A DNA stretch of 64,000 nt from Rhynchobatus australiae (lineage: Eukaryota). Below, piece after piece: positions 13,371-26,039 of this stretch (the first letter of the stretch is position 1; every line of letters begins with the position of its first letter). The position numbers were made by a program, and so were the translations under genes. The notes under the pieces are model-generated. The model did not search any database. It saw only the letters and a program-made list of their open reading frames with translations, and was not told where the DNA came from. The DNA is taken from positions 13,482,920-13,546,919 of the forward strand of contig JAUZTB010000071.1 in assembly GCA_034780895.1 (NCBI GenBank). The letters are read 5' to 3'.

Positions 13371-14174
13371 GGACATGCACTCCCTCTACACTGCTGTATC
13401 AAATCTCATCCCTTTCTTCACATTACTGATTTTTTAAAGCTTGTTTTTGGGCACACACAGACTCATTCTTTTGTTCTTCCTGCTGTGCATAAACTTCAAC
13501 TCTGTGTGTATTTCTAAGGAATTGTATGCTGGGCCAGACATGTTTTTTTTCTCTCTCAGGAGCTAAGTGCTGCTTTCAGATGTCAGGATCTAAACCTCCA
13601 CATGTCGACCTAAAGTAATAAGATCTGTGTTGATGTTGGCAGCCGGAAAGATAGAGATGATTGTGAAAGAAATTCTGAGTGAAACTCTACTTGGGACTCC
13701 GATTCAAATGGAGTATTTATATTGACATTGAAGAGGGACAACGATGGCTGTTATTGTTGGGGGATATTGGGATGATTGCCAGGTGCTTTAATCCATCTGC
13801 CTGTAATCCAAGACTGAACAGTGGCTTTCTTCTCTAACATTCAAACGATACAAACACATTAGGTGTTATTCATGCGCATATCATTCTTTAAGGAAACAGC
13901 TTTTGTTTCCTTAAAGAATGCAAAGGCATTGACAGGAATTGGGGCGGATGGAGAGGCTAATTTCATCAGTGGGTTCTCTGTAACGGGTTGTGTATGTTTT
14001 CTAGTTTTAACATATCCCATTTTGTGATTTGGTTTGCTTGCACTGATATATATTTTAAGCTTGGTACTTTTATGGGATTCTTACTGAGTTTGGGAAACAA
14101 ATAGAAAGACTAAGAGAATTAAAGGAACTTGTAGATCAGTACATGGCTGAGTACAGTAAAATAGCAAGTTAAAT

Positions 14175-14420
14175 TATTGGACCAGTAGGAAGGGCCTGGA
14201 TCATTGATTCTGGAGATGAGCATGGGAATTTAAATTCAAGTAATTGATTAAAACTAGAATTAAAAGACTATCCATAATTGTCACCATAAATCTATTGGAT
14301 TGTCATTGAAAACTTACCTGGTTTGCTAATCTCCTCTAGGGATGGAAATCTACCATTCTTATCTGGTCTGGCCACATGTGACTCCATATTCCCATTTCTC
14401 TTGACCACTGGCAACGCTGG
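14175..14420 (+). mobile_element. Elasmobranch SINE-like repeat
   Basis: ggtttgctaat...tagggatggaaatctaccattcttatctggtctggccacatgtgactcca core; a related minus-strand copy is at 54920-55275. Confidence 0.5.
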
Positions 14421-14479
14421 CCTTGTGTATCAGGTTCTCAAAGAATTGTTCAGTAATGGATTTGAAACACAAAGTAACA

Positions 14480-15080
14480 ACCAGTAGTTAGGAAGGCAAA
14501 TACAGTACATGTTGACTTTATTGTAAGGGATGGTGTCAAAAGTAGGGAAGTCTTGACTCAGTGGAACATTTTGTACAATTTAGTCCTTTTTAAGAAAGGA
14601 TATACTTGCCTTGGAGGCAGTGCAGAGAAGACTCACTAGGTTCATTCCTAGAATGAAGGAGTTGTCTAATGGCGAAACATTTACCAGATTAAACCTACAT
14701 TCTCTGCAGTTTGGAAAGATGAGAGACAATCTGACTGAAATGTATACGATTCTGAGGTGGTGAGTGGGCTAACCAGGGTGGATGCTGAGGGAAGGTTTCC
14801 TTTGGTGGGTGATCTAGAAAGAGGTTTAATTTCAGAAAGAAGGATTGGCCATTTAATGGTGATGAGGAGGAATGGCTTCTCCAATGGTTGAGGAGTCTTT
14901 AGAATTTTCTACACCAGAGAGCTGTGGAGTCCAAGTCATTGAATACATTCAAGATGAAGATAGATTTTCAGATTTTCAGACATTAGGCAAACGAAGGATA
15001 TAGTGACCAGGAAGGAAACTGGAGTTGGGGGCCAAGCCACTGTCAGTCATTTGGCCTATTCTGCTCCTATTTTCTCTCAT
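14480..15080 (+). mobile_element. CR1 LINE 3' fragment
   Basis: aagaaaggatatacttgccttggaggcagtgcagagaagactcactagg (RKDILALEAVQRRLTR) running through to tail ggcctattctgctcctatttt. Confidence 0.85.
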
Positions 15081-15444
15081 TTCTAGCTCTGGACATTCCA
15101 AATCCTGTAAGTGAATAATAAATTTTAAAAACTGATTTGAAGAGATTATACAAGGACTGNNNNNNNNNNNNNNNNNNNNNNNNNNNNNNNNNNNNNNNNN
15201 NNNNNNNNNNNNNNNNNNNNNNNNNNNNNNNNNNNNNNNNNNNNNNNNNNNNNNNNNNNGGAAGAGGCAGTTATGAAGTGACTCCAATGAGTTTATGGCA
15301 GAACATAAACTTTATGACCAGCAACCTCAGGAAAGAGTTCAAGCCAGGAGATTGGTGTAGAGGCTTCTGTGCCTCACACATTTGGCAGAAAGGGCAATTG
15401 TGTGACTTACACTGGATTGTAGAGGACGGACCTCTCATATGGTA

Positions 15445-15665
15445 AAAGATGAACTCTTGATCTCCAATCTACCTCATCATGGCCCTTGCACTTTATTTGT
15501 CTAACTGCACTGCACTTTCTCTGTAACTGTAATGCTATATTCTACATATTCTTTTCCTTTTTATTGCCTCAATGTAATTCTGTATGGTATGATCTGTGTG
15601 GATGCTACACAACAAAAGCTTTTCACTGTACCTTAGTACATGTGACAATAATAAACCACTTCCAT
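15445..15665 (+). mobile_element. Rex1/Babar-like LINE 3' UTR
   Basis: ctgcactgcactttctctgtaactgtaa...aaaagcttttcactgtaccttagtacatgtgacaataataaacc. Confidence 0.6.
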
Positions 15666-15929
15666 TTCCAATTCCTTCATGTCCTGATCTGTGCCCCCAT
15701 GATGTGATGTTCAACTTGGACATCACCAAAGGCTGAACATCTATTCTCCTATGGTCAAGGTAATGATCATAATTGTGCTTCATGGAAGCTTGAATGATAT
15801 CTTCTCAGCGACTTAAGTGAGGGTATAAATTGAATGGAGTATCACAGGGAATTTCCTGTTTTACCACATACACTTCTATTGAAGGTCAACAGAATTTACA
15901 CATTTCCTTCAAAACAGAATGGTAAAACA

Positions 15930-16335
15930 ATGAAGCTGCACTTAGTTAAAAGTTTTCACAACTTCAAGCTATTCCAAAGGATTCCACCAGCAATGAAGTA
16001 CTTTTTGAAGAGTAATCATTGTTGCAAAGCAAGGTCTCACATTTGGCATCAAGATTAAGATCAGATAATCTATTTCAGGCATTTGTTGAAGAAATGAATG
16101 TTGGCCAGGAAATCAGAGGAAACTCTCCTACAATCTTTGAATAGATTTTTAGAGTATCATATGTCCATGTGAGAGAACAGGCAAAGCTTCAGTTTGGCGC
16201 TGCTTGCAAGACAAGGGATCTGTGACAGTGTAGCATAGCTCCAGCATTGTATGGAAGTGCTTGTCCATATGAGGGAGAATTGAACCTATGAGCCTTCAGT
16301 GTGAGAGATAAGACCGTTACTATCAAGTGATGGCT
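15930..16335 (-). mobile_element. SacSINE1-like DeuSINE, diverged
   Basis: caatgaagtactttttgaag...cagataatctattt...atgttggccagga...gacagtgtagca...ttgaacctat: reverse of tail, body and tRNA B-box. Confidence 0.7.
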
Positions 16336-16509
16336 GCTAAACTACAAAAGTTAATGCAGCCAGTCAGGAAAGCCCGCAAGGGAATTTCCAGCAATGTTCC
16401 TGGATAGCAAAAGAAGGTGGGAAAGAATATTTTGATATAATTTCTGCAGTGTCATCAAAGGGATCATTGGTAAAGTGGTGTAGGTCTGTCTTTTGATTTT
16501 TTTCAAATC

Positions 16510-16775
16510 TAAATCAGTCTGGATCCAGGAACAATAATGGAATGGTAAAATATTTCCAAGTTAAGATGGTGATTGATTTGGAAGAGAAAGTGACATTCCA
16601 TGTGCTTTTACCCATGAACTTTGAAGTGGTGGNNNNNNNNNNATGTACAATTGAAGAAGACTTAGCAAGTGTAATTTGTAGATGGTATGCAGTGGAGAGA
16701 GTGATTGCTTAGGGGGAATTGGGTGCCAATCAAGTGAACTGCTTTATCCTAGATAGTGTTGAGCTTTGGGAGCAG
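16510..16775 (-). mobile_element. CR1-group LINE fragment
   Basis: atatttccaagttaagatggtg...ttgtagatggta...gggtgccaatcaagtgaactgctttatcctagatagtgttgagctt. Confidence 0.55.
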
Positions 16776-19077
16776 TAAAAATCCTTTCACATTATATTTT
16801 CTTTTCACATTATGCACTATGCATTGTGATCAAATTTCTCTTTCCTGCAAATTGCTTCTCTCCAAAGGCAAATTTCCGGTTAAAGGAGAGAGACACAATT
16901 ATGGTAATCACAACAATCTTAATAGGTTATTGAAAGGCAGATATTGGGAATTTCTATATTAAAAACAGTCCAATGTGACAGATGATACTTTCCTGTGCCA
17001 TAGTCAAAGCCACTTGTAATTCTCATTATTGTGTTTCTGAGTACACCAACCATTTGTAAGACACTAGACATGACCAGCAGCAAAAGAGTCGAAACAGTTC
17101 GCCTCAAACTGTAGCCCCTCGGTGTCAATAACATCGGCCTAACATCACAAAAAAAATCAACCCAACAAGAGAATGCTATTCAAAACACCACCTGCAATCA
17201 CAGTGACTGAATACAACTTGATTCATGTTGAGATATATCCTTGGCATTTTGTCAACTTTTAATCTTTTAATAGCAGGATGTTGGTGGTAATCATGTGAAT
17301 TACCAAGGAATTATAAATATCTGAGGGTAAAATCTCTTCACTCAGTTTCTCATGCTCATTGCTGAGCTTGGTCAACAGTTGGTTTGGGAGGACTTCTCTC
17401 AAGGCTGCTAAGGCCGACCCTCCCCAACATCATACTTTCTCTCCACCAACCCTATTTTCCCTAGCATCCCCCAAATGTAAATTGTACATGTGTGGGACTG
17501 GGGTACAACCCTGAAGGCTGTTTGGACAAGTTGCTGGAAGGTTGCCAGTGCTCTGGTAATGCACTACCAGAATGCAAAGCCTGAACAACCAGTGCCTTCA
17601 GAAAGGGGCGACAAACAATGAGTGGATTGTCTTTTACTGANNNNNNNNNNNNNNNNNNNNNNNNNNNNNNNNNNNNNNNNNNNNNNNNNNNNNNNNNNNN
17701 NNNNNNNNNNNNNNNNNNNNNNNNNNNNNNNNNNNNNNNNGATTGTCTTTTACTGACCTTCTGGAAAACTCGTGAGGGGACAGTGGACAATGTTTTGCAT
17801 TCTCTATGCGTGAGTTCACTATGAACCCAAGTCTGCTTAAAATCTCTGATGCATGGTGGGATCCTCATCAAAAATATATTAATCATCTTCTATTGTAAGC
17901 CAGATTTTTCAGACTTGCAGAGACTGCCCTTGTCATGTGCACTGGTCAGAATATTCTAACTGTTCCAAGCTCCTTGAAACTCAAGACACCAATATACGTA
18001 TATACCACCTTCCTTTGACCTACCACTGTCATTGAATGATGACCAAAGTGGCTATTTGGCTCATCATGGTTGTAATGGCTTTTGATTTTTTTGAAAAGTA
18101 AAAGAATGTCAACTTACAAAAGGCACATTGTGCCATATGTGCTTATATATACACAGTGATGTTCAAGGTCCCCCTCCCCCCACCCTCCGATCCATGGGGA
18201 TCCTGCATCTGTAACAAGTTACTTTGACAGAGCACCTTTAAGAAAAGGTCCTAAAATTCTTCATGGGGTTAGGAAAGAGAAATAGTAGGAAACCATAAAG
18301 AGAGAGATTAGAGGGAATGTAAGTTTGGATTCTGCGAGGTTAAAATGAGACCCATGGAATTGAACCATTATGATTAAAGATCCTGCCACCAATCATGGAG
18401 TGAATAGCAGAGTAAACCTTCTGATAAAAATGGTGTAACGTTTGAGATGGCAATTTTAGCCAACATGCACTCTTGTAATGATGGTATCATCTGTAAATTT
18501 GTGTCTTGATGATAGGATAGCATGAATGTTGGCAGCTGTTCATTGGAAGAACTTTGAAAGGAAGAGAAAAAGAGACATATGTATTTGTATTCTGAAAATT
18601 AGCTTTAATGAGATTTGATTGCCAACTGCTTTGACAGTCACATTCCACACATGAAAGGCTAAAACTACTAAAAAGAACCATGATTAAACTAGCACCTGCC
18701 TTCTGTGGTAAACTTCAGTCAATCTATCACTGAGAAGTCTGCATTCAGTCACACGAGGTGTTACCATATTACTGTGTACTACTATGAAAAAGCATGCACA
18801 TCACTTCCTTCTCAGGCATTTTCATAAAAAAGACAATGGTATCTGTACATTGGTATCTGACTCTGGTTTGGAGAGTGACCCAAGATTGGAGACCTAGAAC
18901 TACATTTTTCAGCAAACTGAGCTGTTTTATTTATTTTCAAGTATATCTCCAATTCCCAACTGGTTGTTTGTTAACCCCTGGAAACCAATCAATAAATGCA
19001 TGGTAGATTTACTGTGTGAATTCCTTAAAACATATCTACTACTTTGTTAAACTTCCTAGACTTACAACACATTTATA

Positions 19078-19385
19078 CAACATAGAACAGTACAGCACAG
19101 AAATAGGCCCTTCGGCCCACAATGTCTGTGCCGACCATGACGCCAATTTAAACTGCATGTCTGCATATACGTGGTCTATGTCCCTCCATTCTTTGCTTGT
19201 TCATCTGCTTGGCTACATGCTTTTTAAATGTTGCTATCATATCTGCTTCCATCACCTTCCCTGACAGTGCATTCCAGGCACCTACCACTGTCTATGTCCT
19301 CCTCTCACCTTAAAGCTATACCCTATTTGACATTTCCACCCTGGGAAAAAGACTCTATCTACCCTATCTATGCCTCTCATAATAT
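19078..19385 (-). mobile_element. CR1 (HER1-like) 3' end
   Basis: catagaacagtacagcacagaaataggcccttcggcccac...ccctgggaaaaagact...accctatctatgcctctcataat. Confidence 0.85.
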
Positions 19386-19798
19386 TATATAGAGTAAACT
19401 TATTGTTAATACACTCAGGAAATACTGCAGTTTGTTTTTAATAAAATTCTCATCATAGTAATTGCTAAAAGGTATCTCATTGCTCATTTAAGATTTTCTT
19501 TTACCAGCTCAGCTTATTTAGTATTAAAAGTACATTCAAAGGTATTACCGGTCTTACTGTTTGGAATGGCTTTGTCTGTTTATGGATCTTTCATCTCTAC
19601 AGTCTGTCCAGGGCTTTCTTCATTAAAACTGTGCTTTCTCATAATGTTCAGGTGCTAGATGTAACAGTCTCACACTCCCAGCACACTCCAATCCCATTAG
19701 GCACTGATAATGAGAGCCAAATTAAATCATGTTTTTGGACAGTTGCCAAATTAAAAGATTATTTGGATGTATCATGAGCTTATGATATTTTTCTTGCC

Positions 19799-19860
19799 CA
19801 CACAAACACACATATATGTGCATGCACGCACAGTCACACGTGCATACACCCACACATGTG
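19799..19860. repeat. Degenerate (CA/TG)n purine-pyrimidine tract
   Basis: cacacaaacacacatatatgtgcatgcacgcacagtcacacgtgcatacacccacacatgtg. Confidence 0.6.
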
Positions 19861-21206
19861 CAGTTCTAAGACTAGTTCTGGTTTGACTGTTCAATCATAT
19901 TGTAACTCTCAGATTTCTATTTGTCATCTATTTGTTTGCAAGCCAGTCAGACAGGCCTGTCAGTCAGTGCAATCTGTAATGTTGCCAAGTGACAGATATG
20001 ACTCTGTCCTTTCTGCCAAGTCATGTAATTATCAGATTTGTTGGGAATAAGGTTTTTTCCTCGTCATTCACCGGGTGTTGTGCGGGGTTGGTTTTAGCAG
20101 TAATGACCCAGCAGGCTTTTATTTCAATCAGCTGTGAAATCATCAAAAACAGGAGGTAATTTCTATTGTTTGCACTTATTGTATTTCACAGCTCTGAAAT
20201 CCTTTTTAATATTTATTTCTTTCAAGAAATGCCTTTGCTGATGGTGCATAAAATCATGTCTCTCAGCTGTGACTGCCTCATTTGAAGAAAACTGACACAC
20301 TGGGACAAGCTTTTTGTTTTAATGAGTGATTTAAGGGAACTGTTTTGACATTAGCTGAATTTTGCAATGTATGTTTCAGTGTGAGTCATTCAGTTGGTGC
20401 TGAATTGGTTGGTCTTAGCAAGTGGTGACAGAAAGAGACCCTGCAATTGGTGTTAAGTGTATACAGCTTCCCCTCTAGGATATGGTGGGAGTAACAGTGT
20501 CTTTGATTCTGCTGGGTAATGCCTGAAGCACTCATCATTCTCAGCTGTAACACCACATGGGAGTGAAATTGCCTTCCAAGACTCATTTTCAATCACTGTC
20601 TATGATTACGGGTCCATACATTGAATGAAGATAGTGATGAGTGTCCAGAAACCATGGAATTGGAGGGCGGAATTAATGCGTCCAAGATATGAGAAATATT
20701 GTACTTTTGGTTTCAGTACACTTACTGCAAAGAATAATCAGTTGTCCCAGTTGATATGTGTTTATGCCACATCGGCCTTCTCCCACTCCACCTCATTCCA
20801 ACCTGGCTGCTTGTCTTTCCATTCCTTTTTCCCTCACATATTTATCCAGCTTTCTCTGAAATGCAGGTACGTGCAGAGCAGTTTTAAGTTTGCTGGGGTT
20901 TTTTCTGAGGACCATTTTGTGTGTTCTGTAATGTTAATATTTGTACGCTTCATGTGTAGCTCATGTTATTTGGATCATTTGGGGTGGGGTGGATTTCCAT
21001 GCCCTTGATAACCTCATCCTTGTACCTGAACTGGCATTGATGGCATTGCCTTGTTACAGTTCGCTGGATAAAAAAATGGATACACGAGGTAAGGCAATGG
21101 TAAAATTGGCATTCATAGTCTTTAGACACCACCGGTACCCCAGGCTTCTGAGATCTGTTCAATGGTTTAAATAATTTAAATGTTTGGTAATATGATAATG
21201 CCAATT

Positions 21207-21222
21207 TATGTATGTATGTATG
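21207..21222. repeat. (TATG)4 microsatellite
   Basis: tatgtatgtatgtatg. Confidence 0.7.
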
Positions 21223-21299
21223 TTGGATGCCACAAATACCAGTGGTGCCAGTAACACTCCAGGTGCTTATTGCTGTCTACCAGTTCAAGCAAAATAGTA

Positions 21300-21452
21300 A
21301 AGGAGATTGCAGATGCTGAAGTCTGGAGCAACCAGCTGCTGGAGGAACTCAGAAGTCTGAGCAGGGTCTCGATTCAAAATGTCCACGGTTCCTTTTCTCC
21401 CACAGATGCTGCTCGACCCGTTGAGTTCCTCCAGCAAATTGTGTGTTGCTTT
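21300..21452. mobile_element. Penelope-like terminal-repeat fragment, inverted pair
   Basis: tgctggaggaactca ... tgagttcctccagca inverted arms around a decayed hammerhead motif (gtctgagcagggtctcgattcaaaatgtc). Confidence 0.65.
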
Positions 21453-21992
21453 ATTGCAACAACAGGATTAAACTTTTGTTATAAAATTACTTTTCTTGAC
21501 CATGCTCTTTAACGGGCATTTAACATACAAAACTAATCCAGGGTTGATTTAAGTTCCCCTTTCTGCAAGAAAAGGCGCCCTTTCCGGTGTAGCATCCAAA
21601 TCAATAAAGAAACAAATGCCGAAATAAATACTACCTACAGGGGGCAGGTGTGAACTCAAAGTCCATCTGCCATCGTATAGGGTTGCCCTGTGGCCTGGAT
21701 GTGTTCCTCGTCTTACAAAGTGTCTCTGCAGTTCTGGCTGATAAAATTCAGCAGCGCTGCAGCTTTACATCTGCAAAGGCTCTGTGGTGAATGACCACGG
21801 TTTAGCGGCCGTCAGCTACTGGACATTGAGGAGCTGAGTCGGGTCAGAAAGCTCCTCAAACAGTGGAAGGGTGTATCACCCCAGGGAGCTACCTGAGTGG
21901 CAATGGTGCTATGTAAACGGGAGACACAGGAGAGACTACAGACGCTGGAAATCTGGAGCGAACTCAGCAGGTCAGGCTGAGTCCTTTAAGTC

Positions 21993-22553
21993 CTCGAGAT
22001 AGTGGTGGCAGATGTAAATGTTTTTAATTCAAAATTACATCTTATTCGTAATAAAAATACAAAAGAATAAACGCAGTNNNNNNNNNNNNNNNNNNNNNNN
22101 NNNNNNNNNNNNNNNNNNNNNNNNNNNNNNNNNNNNNNNNNNNNNNNNNNNNNNNNNNNNNNNNNNNNNNNNNNNNNTTGGTCAGGGCATTCAGTAGTGT
22201 GAAATCATATTTTTACATAGCATCACACAAATTGCTGGAGGAACTCAGCAGGTCAGGCTGAGACCTTTATTTTGATATTTCAGGCTGAGACCCTTCAACA
22301 GGACAAGAAACAGAAGGGTCTCGGCCCGAAACGTCGACTGTTCATTTCCCTCCATAGATGCTACCTGACCTGCTGAGTTCCTGCAGCAATTTGTGTGATG
22401 CTATGTAAAAATATGATTTCACACTACTGAATGCACTGACCAAACAACATGAAGAATGTGAAGAGCTTTGCACTGCGTTTATTTTGTATTTTTATTACGA
22501 ATAAGATGTAATTTTGAATTAAAAACATTTACATCTGCCACCACTATCTCGAG
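21993..22553. repeat. Large inverted repeat (fold-back) centred on two Penelope-like repeat halves
   Basis: 21993-22077 is the reverse complement of about 22472-22553 (one 3-nt indel). 22178-22257 is the reverse complement of 22364-22443 (2 mismatches). A gap at 22078-22177 lies inside the left arm. Confidence 0.85.
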
Positions 22554-24310
22554 CAGTCACTGTGGAGGTTCTCTGAGTCAGCCGGAGATTGGGGGTCTGA
22601 GCAGAGGAAGAGGGGCCTGTTGCTGGCTTCTTGTCCCTCCAACCCTACCACCACCCTCTTCCAGCTGCAGGACCTCGGTAGGCCCAGCAGCCAGAAAGGA
22701 ATTGGCGACGCTTGGAGTCGATACCCTGATTTTTTTTTCCCTTCTTTACTCCCAGATTACAGCATCTGCAGTCTCTTGTGTCTCTGTGCCAGAGTCCCTG
22801 TGGGAGCAGCGGCGGTCGATCCAAGAGGCAACAGAACTGGCCCAGTTTCCCAGGCCCCGATCCCCTGATGGTTTTAAAAGCAGGACAGGCGAGGGCAGCA
22901 GGTCAAACTTCCTGCCGGGGGTGGGAGAGGAAAATTCTCTGCCTGTTTGGTTGGGGGAGCAGGCGCTGCCTTGGTGTTCTATTTCCATATCTCAAACTCC
23001 TAATTCTGGGTCGTACAACGAAGGAAAACCCAGCCCCAAGCAGTGACATTCCCATGGGATGTACTACTGCTGCCTGCGTGTGGGAACCAGTCCGCCTTTG
23101 TTTCACCCCCGTCACTGGGACTACCGCAGCTACAGCTCGCACTTACAATGCGAGTTTGTTGCATCAAAGTCTCACGCCAGTCCCAAGACCAGCTTTTAGC
23201 AAAATCTTAATATTAGGAAAGATCATCAAGCAAAATTGTTACAAGGGGTAGATGTTAAGGCAATGGAAGGTAGTGTGTTAAGGGAGGGGGGAGAGGTGGT
23301 GAGTCTGCGGGTTGAGGTGAGGAAGTCCGGAGTTCAGCCACAGAACGATGCTCGGGAAAACCAGCAGAATGTAAAACTATTGCGAAGTTCTGTTCAAATC
23401 CGCCGTGTCTGCAGAAGCACAGAGTTGGGTTGGAGTGCACCGGGCGGTAATGGGATCTCAACACAACGGTGAAAGTTTTAAAACTAAACACCAGACTAGA
23501 AATGGGGAAACTAAAGTACCTTATTTCTTAAATGAAACGCCTTAAATTTTCGTCAGTGATCAAAAGCGGTATTAATTGACGGTGTCTGGTATTGTCGCGC
23601 TTGTTTCGGTTCAGTGGTGTCCCAACACTGTGAGGTATATTGTGCCATTGTTNNNNNNNNNNTGCAGCCGGGGGCACCCAGTCTCACAGGAGTTCCAGGC
23701 TTCAGCAGAATGGTTCCACTGGTTGTGGGTTTATTTTCCATTCTGCCGGGCCTCCTCGCGCTATTCACTCCACCTTCCCACAATGGAACAATTTTATACA
23801 TTATTATCCGGTAGAAAGAGTGTTGCTATGGCACGCCGCGGAAGAAATCCAGCAACTCAAAGCGGTCCAACTCTCTTTTTAACAATGATGACGGGTCACA
23901 TGCGCTTAATTGANNNNNNNNNNNNNNNNNNNNNNNNNNNNNNNNNNNNNNNNNNNNNNNNNNNNNNNNNNNNNNNNNNNNNNNNNNNNNNNNNNNNNNN
24001 NNNNNACTCTCCCTCTACCCTCTTTCACTCACACGCTCTCTCTATCTCCCTCTCTCCATTTCCAGTTGTCAGTTCTACTTTAACATTGGCAAGGAATTGC
24101 TGGGGGAAAAAAATGCATTGGTTTGTGTCCTTGGACTGCGACTGGGGTGCTGGCCTTTTGTTCAACGCTGGGGCGGCTGGAGCTGCTTCAGATTCAACGC
24201 TCACTGAATAGTTTAGTTATAACTGGTATGGCAGATTAAAATGATCCCACTCAATCACTGTTTTGTGAAGGACGACTTGGATCTGCAGTGCGTCACTGGC
24301 ACGGCTCCAC
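22550..24310. promoter_or_regulatory. CpG-enriched region, candidate RND2 promoter / first-exon region
   Basis: By eye, CpG density is several-fold above the strongly CpG-depleted background (e.g. gcggcggtcg, ctcgcg, acgccgcgg) and GC is higher. It lies about 10 kb upstream of the first visible RND2 exon and contains gaps at 23653-23662 and 23914-24005. Confidence 0.5.
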
Positions 24311-25019
24311 TTTCTTTACAAAAAGTGTTGCACGTTCCCAAATAACACCGTTACAATACTTTCAGAAATTTCTCATACATAACAGTGGAACAATTGCCAT
24401 TCCTCTTACTCCAAGGGAAATGAAAACAGTTTCATTATTGTAAAGATAAATTTCAGTGAGATGGGCTGGTTAAATGGAATAGTTTAAAATGAAGCTTGGT
24501 TCCTCATGAGGGTCAAACGATTTTACAAGGGTCAACCTGCTTGGTATAAGCCTGTTTCATTACTGAGTACAATAATTTTCCAAAAGTATGTTTTATGTAA
24601 TAAAAACAATTGGAAATACTTGTTCAGAGATTTTAAACATTTGAAGACTCAACAGGACAAATCATTGTGTGCAGTTATCCACAAGCCATACAGACTGAAG
24701 GCTTTTCAAGGAATATTTTATTTGTTGCCCAAAATCTGTGGGCCAGGATTGGGGAAATCTGCTGATGTTTGGACATGATATTTCTGAGTGGTTAGCGTAG
24801 GCCTGGCTCAGTGACTGGGTCCACAGAATGTTGATTCTGCTCCTCCTGTTTTTTTCCCCCGTTTCCCTTGATGTTATGTGGTTTAAGACCAGCAAGATAC
24901 TTGTTTTAGCATTAGTCAATGTAAGGTGGACCTGGGCAATAGCTTCCCCGGAATTAGTGTTGAATTTGCAAATCTTAACGTTTGGCTTAAGGACAATCTG
25001 AATGATGTGCTGGTTCGGA

Positions 25020-25135
25020 TCCTGATGTAGGGCCTCAACCCGAAACATCGAACACAGATGCTGTTGGACTCACTGAGTTCTTTCGGCATTCTGTTTCTTG
25101 TTCCAGGTTCCAGCACCTGAAGTCTCTTTTGTCTT
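25020..25135 (+). mobile_element. Penelope-like terminal repeat with decayed hammerhead
   Basis: cctgatgtagggcctcaacccgaaacatcga...cacagatgctg...ctgagttc...ttccagcacctgaagtctctttt. Confidence 0.65.
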
Positions 25136-26039
25136 CACAATATGCTGATTATTGTGTGATGCTTGGAGCTGCAGTGTGTGGTCTTACGTTGCATCAGGAT
25201 TCCCGTTTCTGCTATTTGCAAGTTCCCCCTTAGAAAAGGACATGGTTCCAGACATTTTAACAGGCATGCGGGAAAATTGATGATTTGTCTCAGGCCCCTT
25301 CCCCTCCATCACCCTTACTGATCTGCTAACATGCCCGCCTGCCCCATCTCCTCTCCCACCAACCTCATTCCTTTTCTCCCTCATATCTCTGCCTCTACCA
25401 CCCTCCCCCCACCTCATCAGCCATCAGATTCTGCCCTGGCCCCTGCATGTTGTCTTCGCGTGCTTTGTACAGGCACAGCACACAGAGGATAGGACTTCTC
25501 TCCAGGTGCTGTTGTGCTCAGGCAATACTGAAATTACAAGTGGCAGACCCCAAGCAAAGCAGTCACTGGGATGCCACATGGAGACTGATTAATGCATCAT
25601 TACAATGTATTTCTGGGCAACCCTTAATAAGTTCAGAGCTGGAATCTGCTGACTGATGGAATCTTTATGCTTGCACCTCAGTACTTGAAGATGAGGTGAT
25701 ATGGGTTATCCTCCATCTGTAGCATTCCAATATAAAGTGGCATCTTCAATTTTGGACAAAGAATGAAGAAAGTTTCATTATTAANNNNNNNNNNNNNNNN
25801 NNNNNNNNNNNNNNNNNNNNNNNNNNNNNNNNNNNNNNNNNNNNNNNNNNNNNNNNNNNNNNNNNNNNNNNNNNNNNNNNNNNNNNNNNNNNNNNNNNNN
25901 NNNNNNNNNNNNNNNNNNNNNNNNNNNNNNNNNNNNNNNNNNNNNNNNNNNNNNNNNNNNNNNNNNNNNNNNNNNNNNNNNNNNNNNNNNNNNNNNNNNN
26001 NNNNNNNNNNNNNNNNNNNNNNNNNNNNNNNNCTTGTTC

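Noticed and set aside
13541-13620. Plus-strand acceptor ttttttctctctcag with a downstream gtaata
   Set aside because: Weak donor, no recognisable peptide and no partner exons.
24006-24065. Long pyrimidine tract ending in CAG as the RND2 exon 2 acceptor
   Set aside because: The downstream sequence does not encode YVPTVFENY in any frame; it is more likely a CT-rich simple repeat.
22468-24211. Cluster of long ORFs (192, 157 and 211 aa) in the GC-rich region
   Set aside because: No recognisable domain; they cross repeat fragments or N runs, and are expected from stop-codon scarcity in GC-rich DNA.
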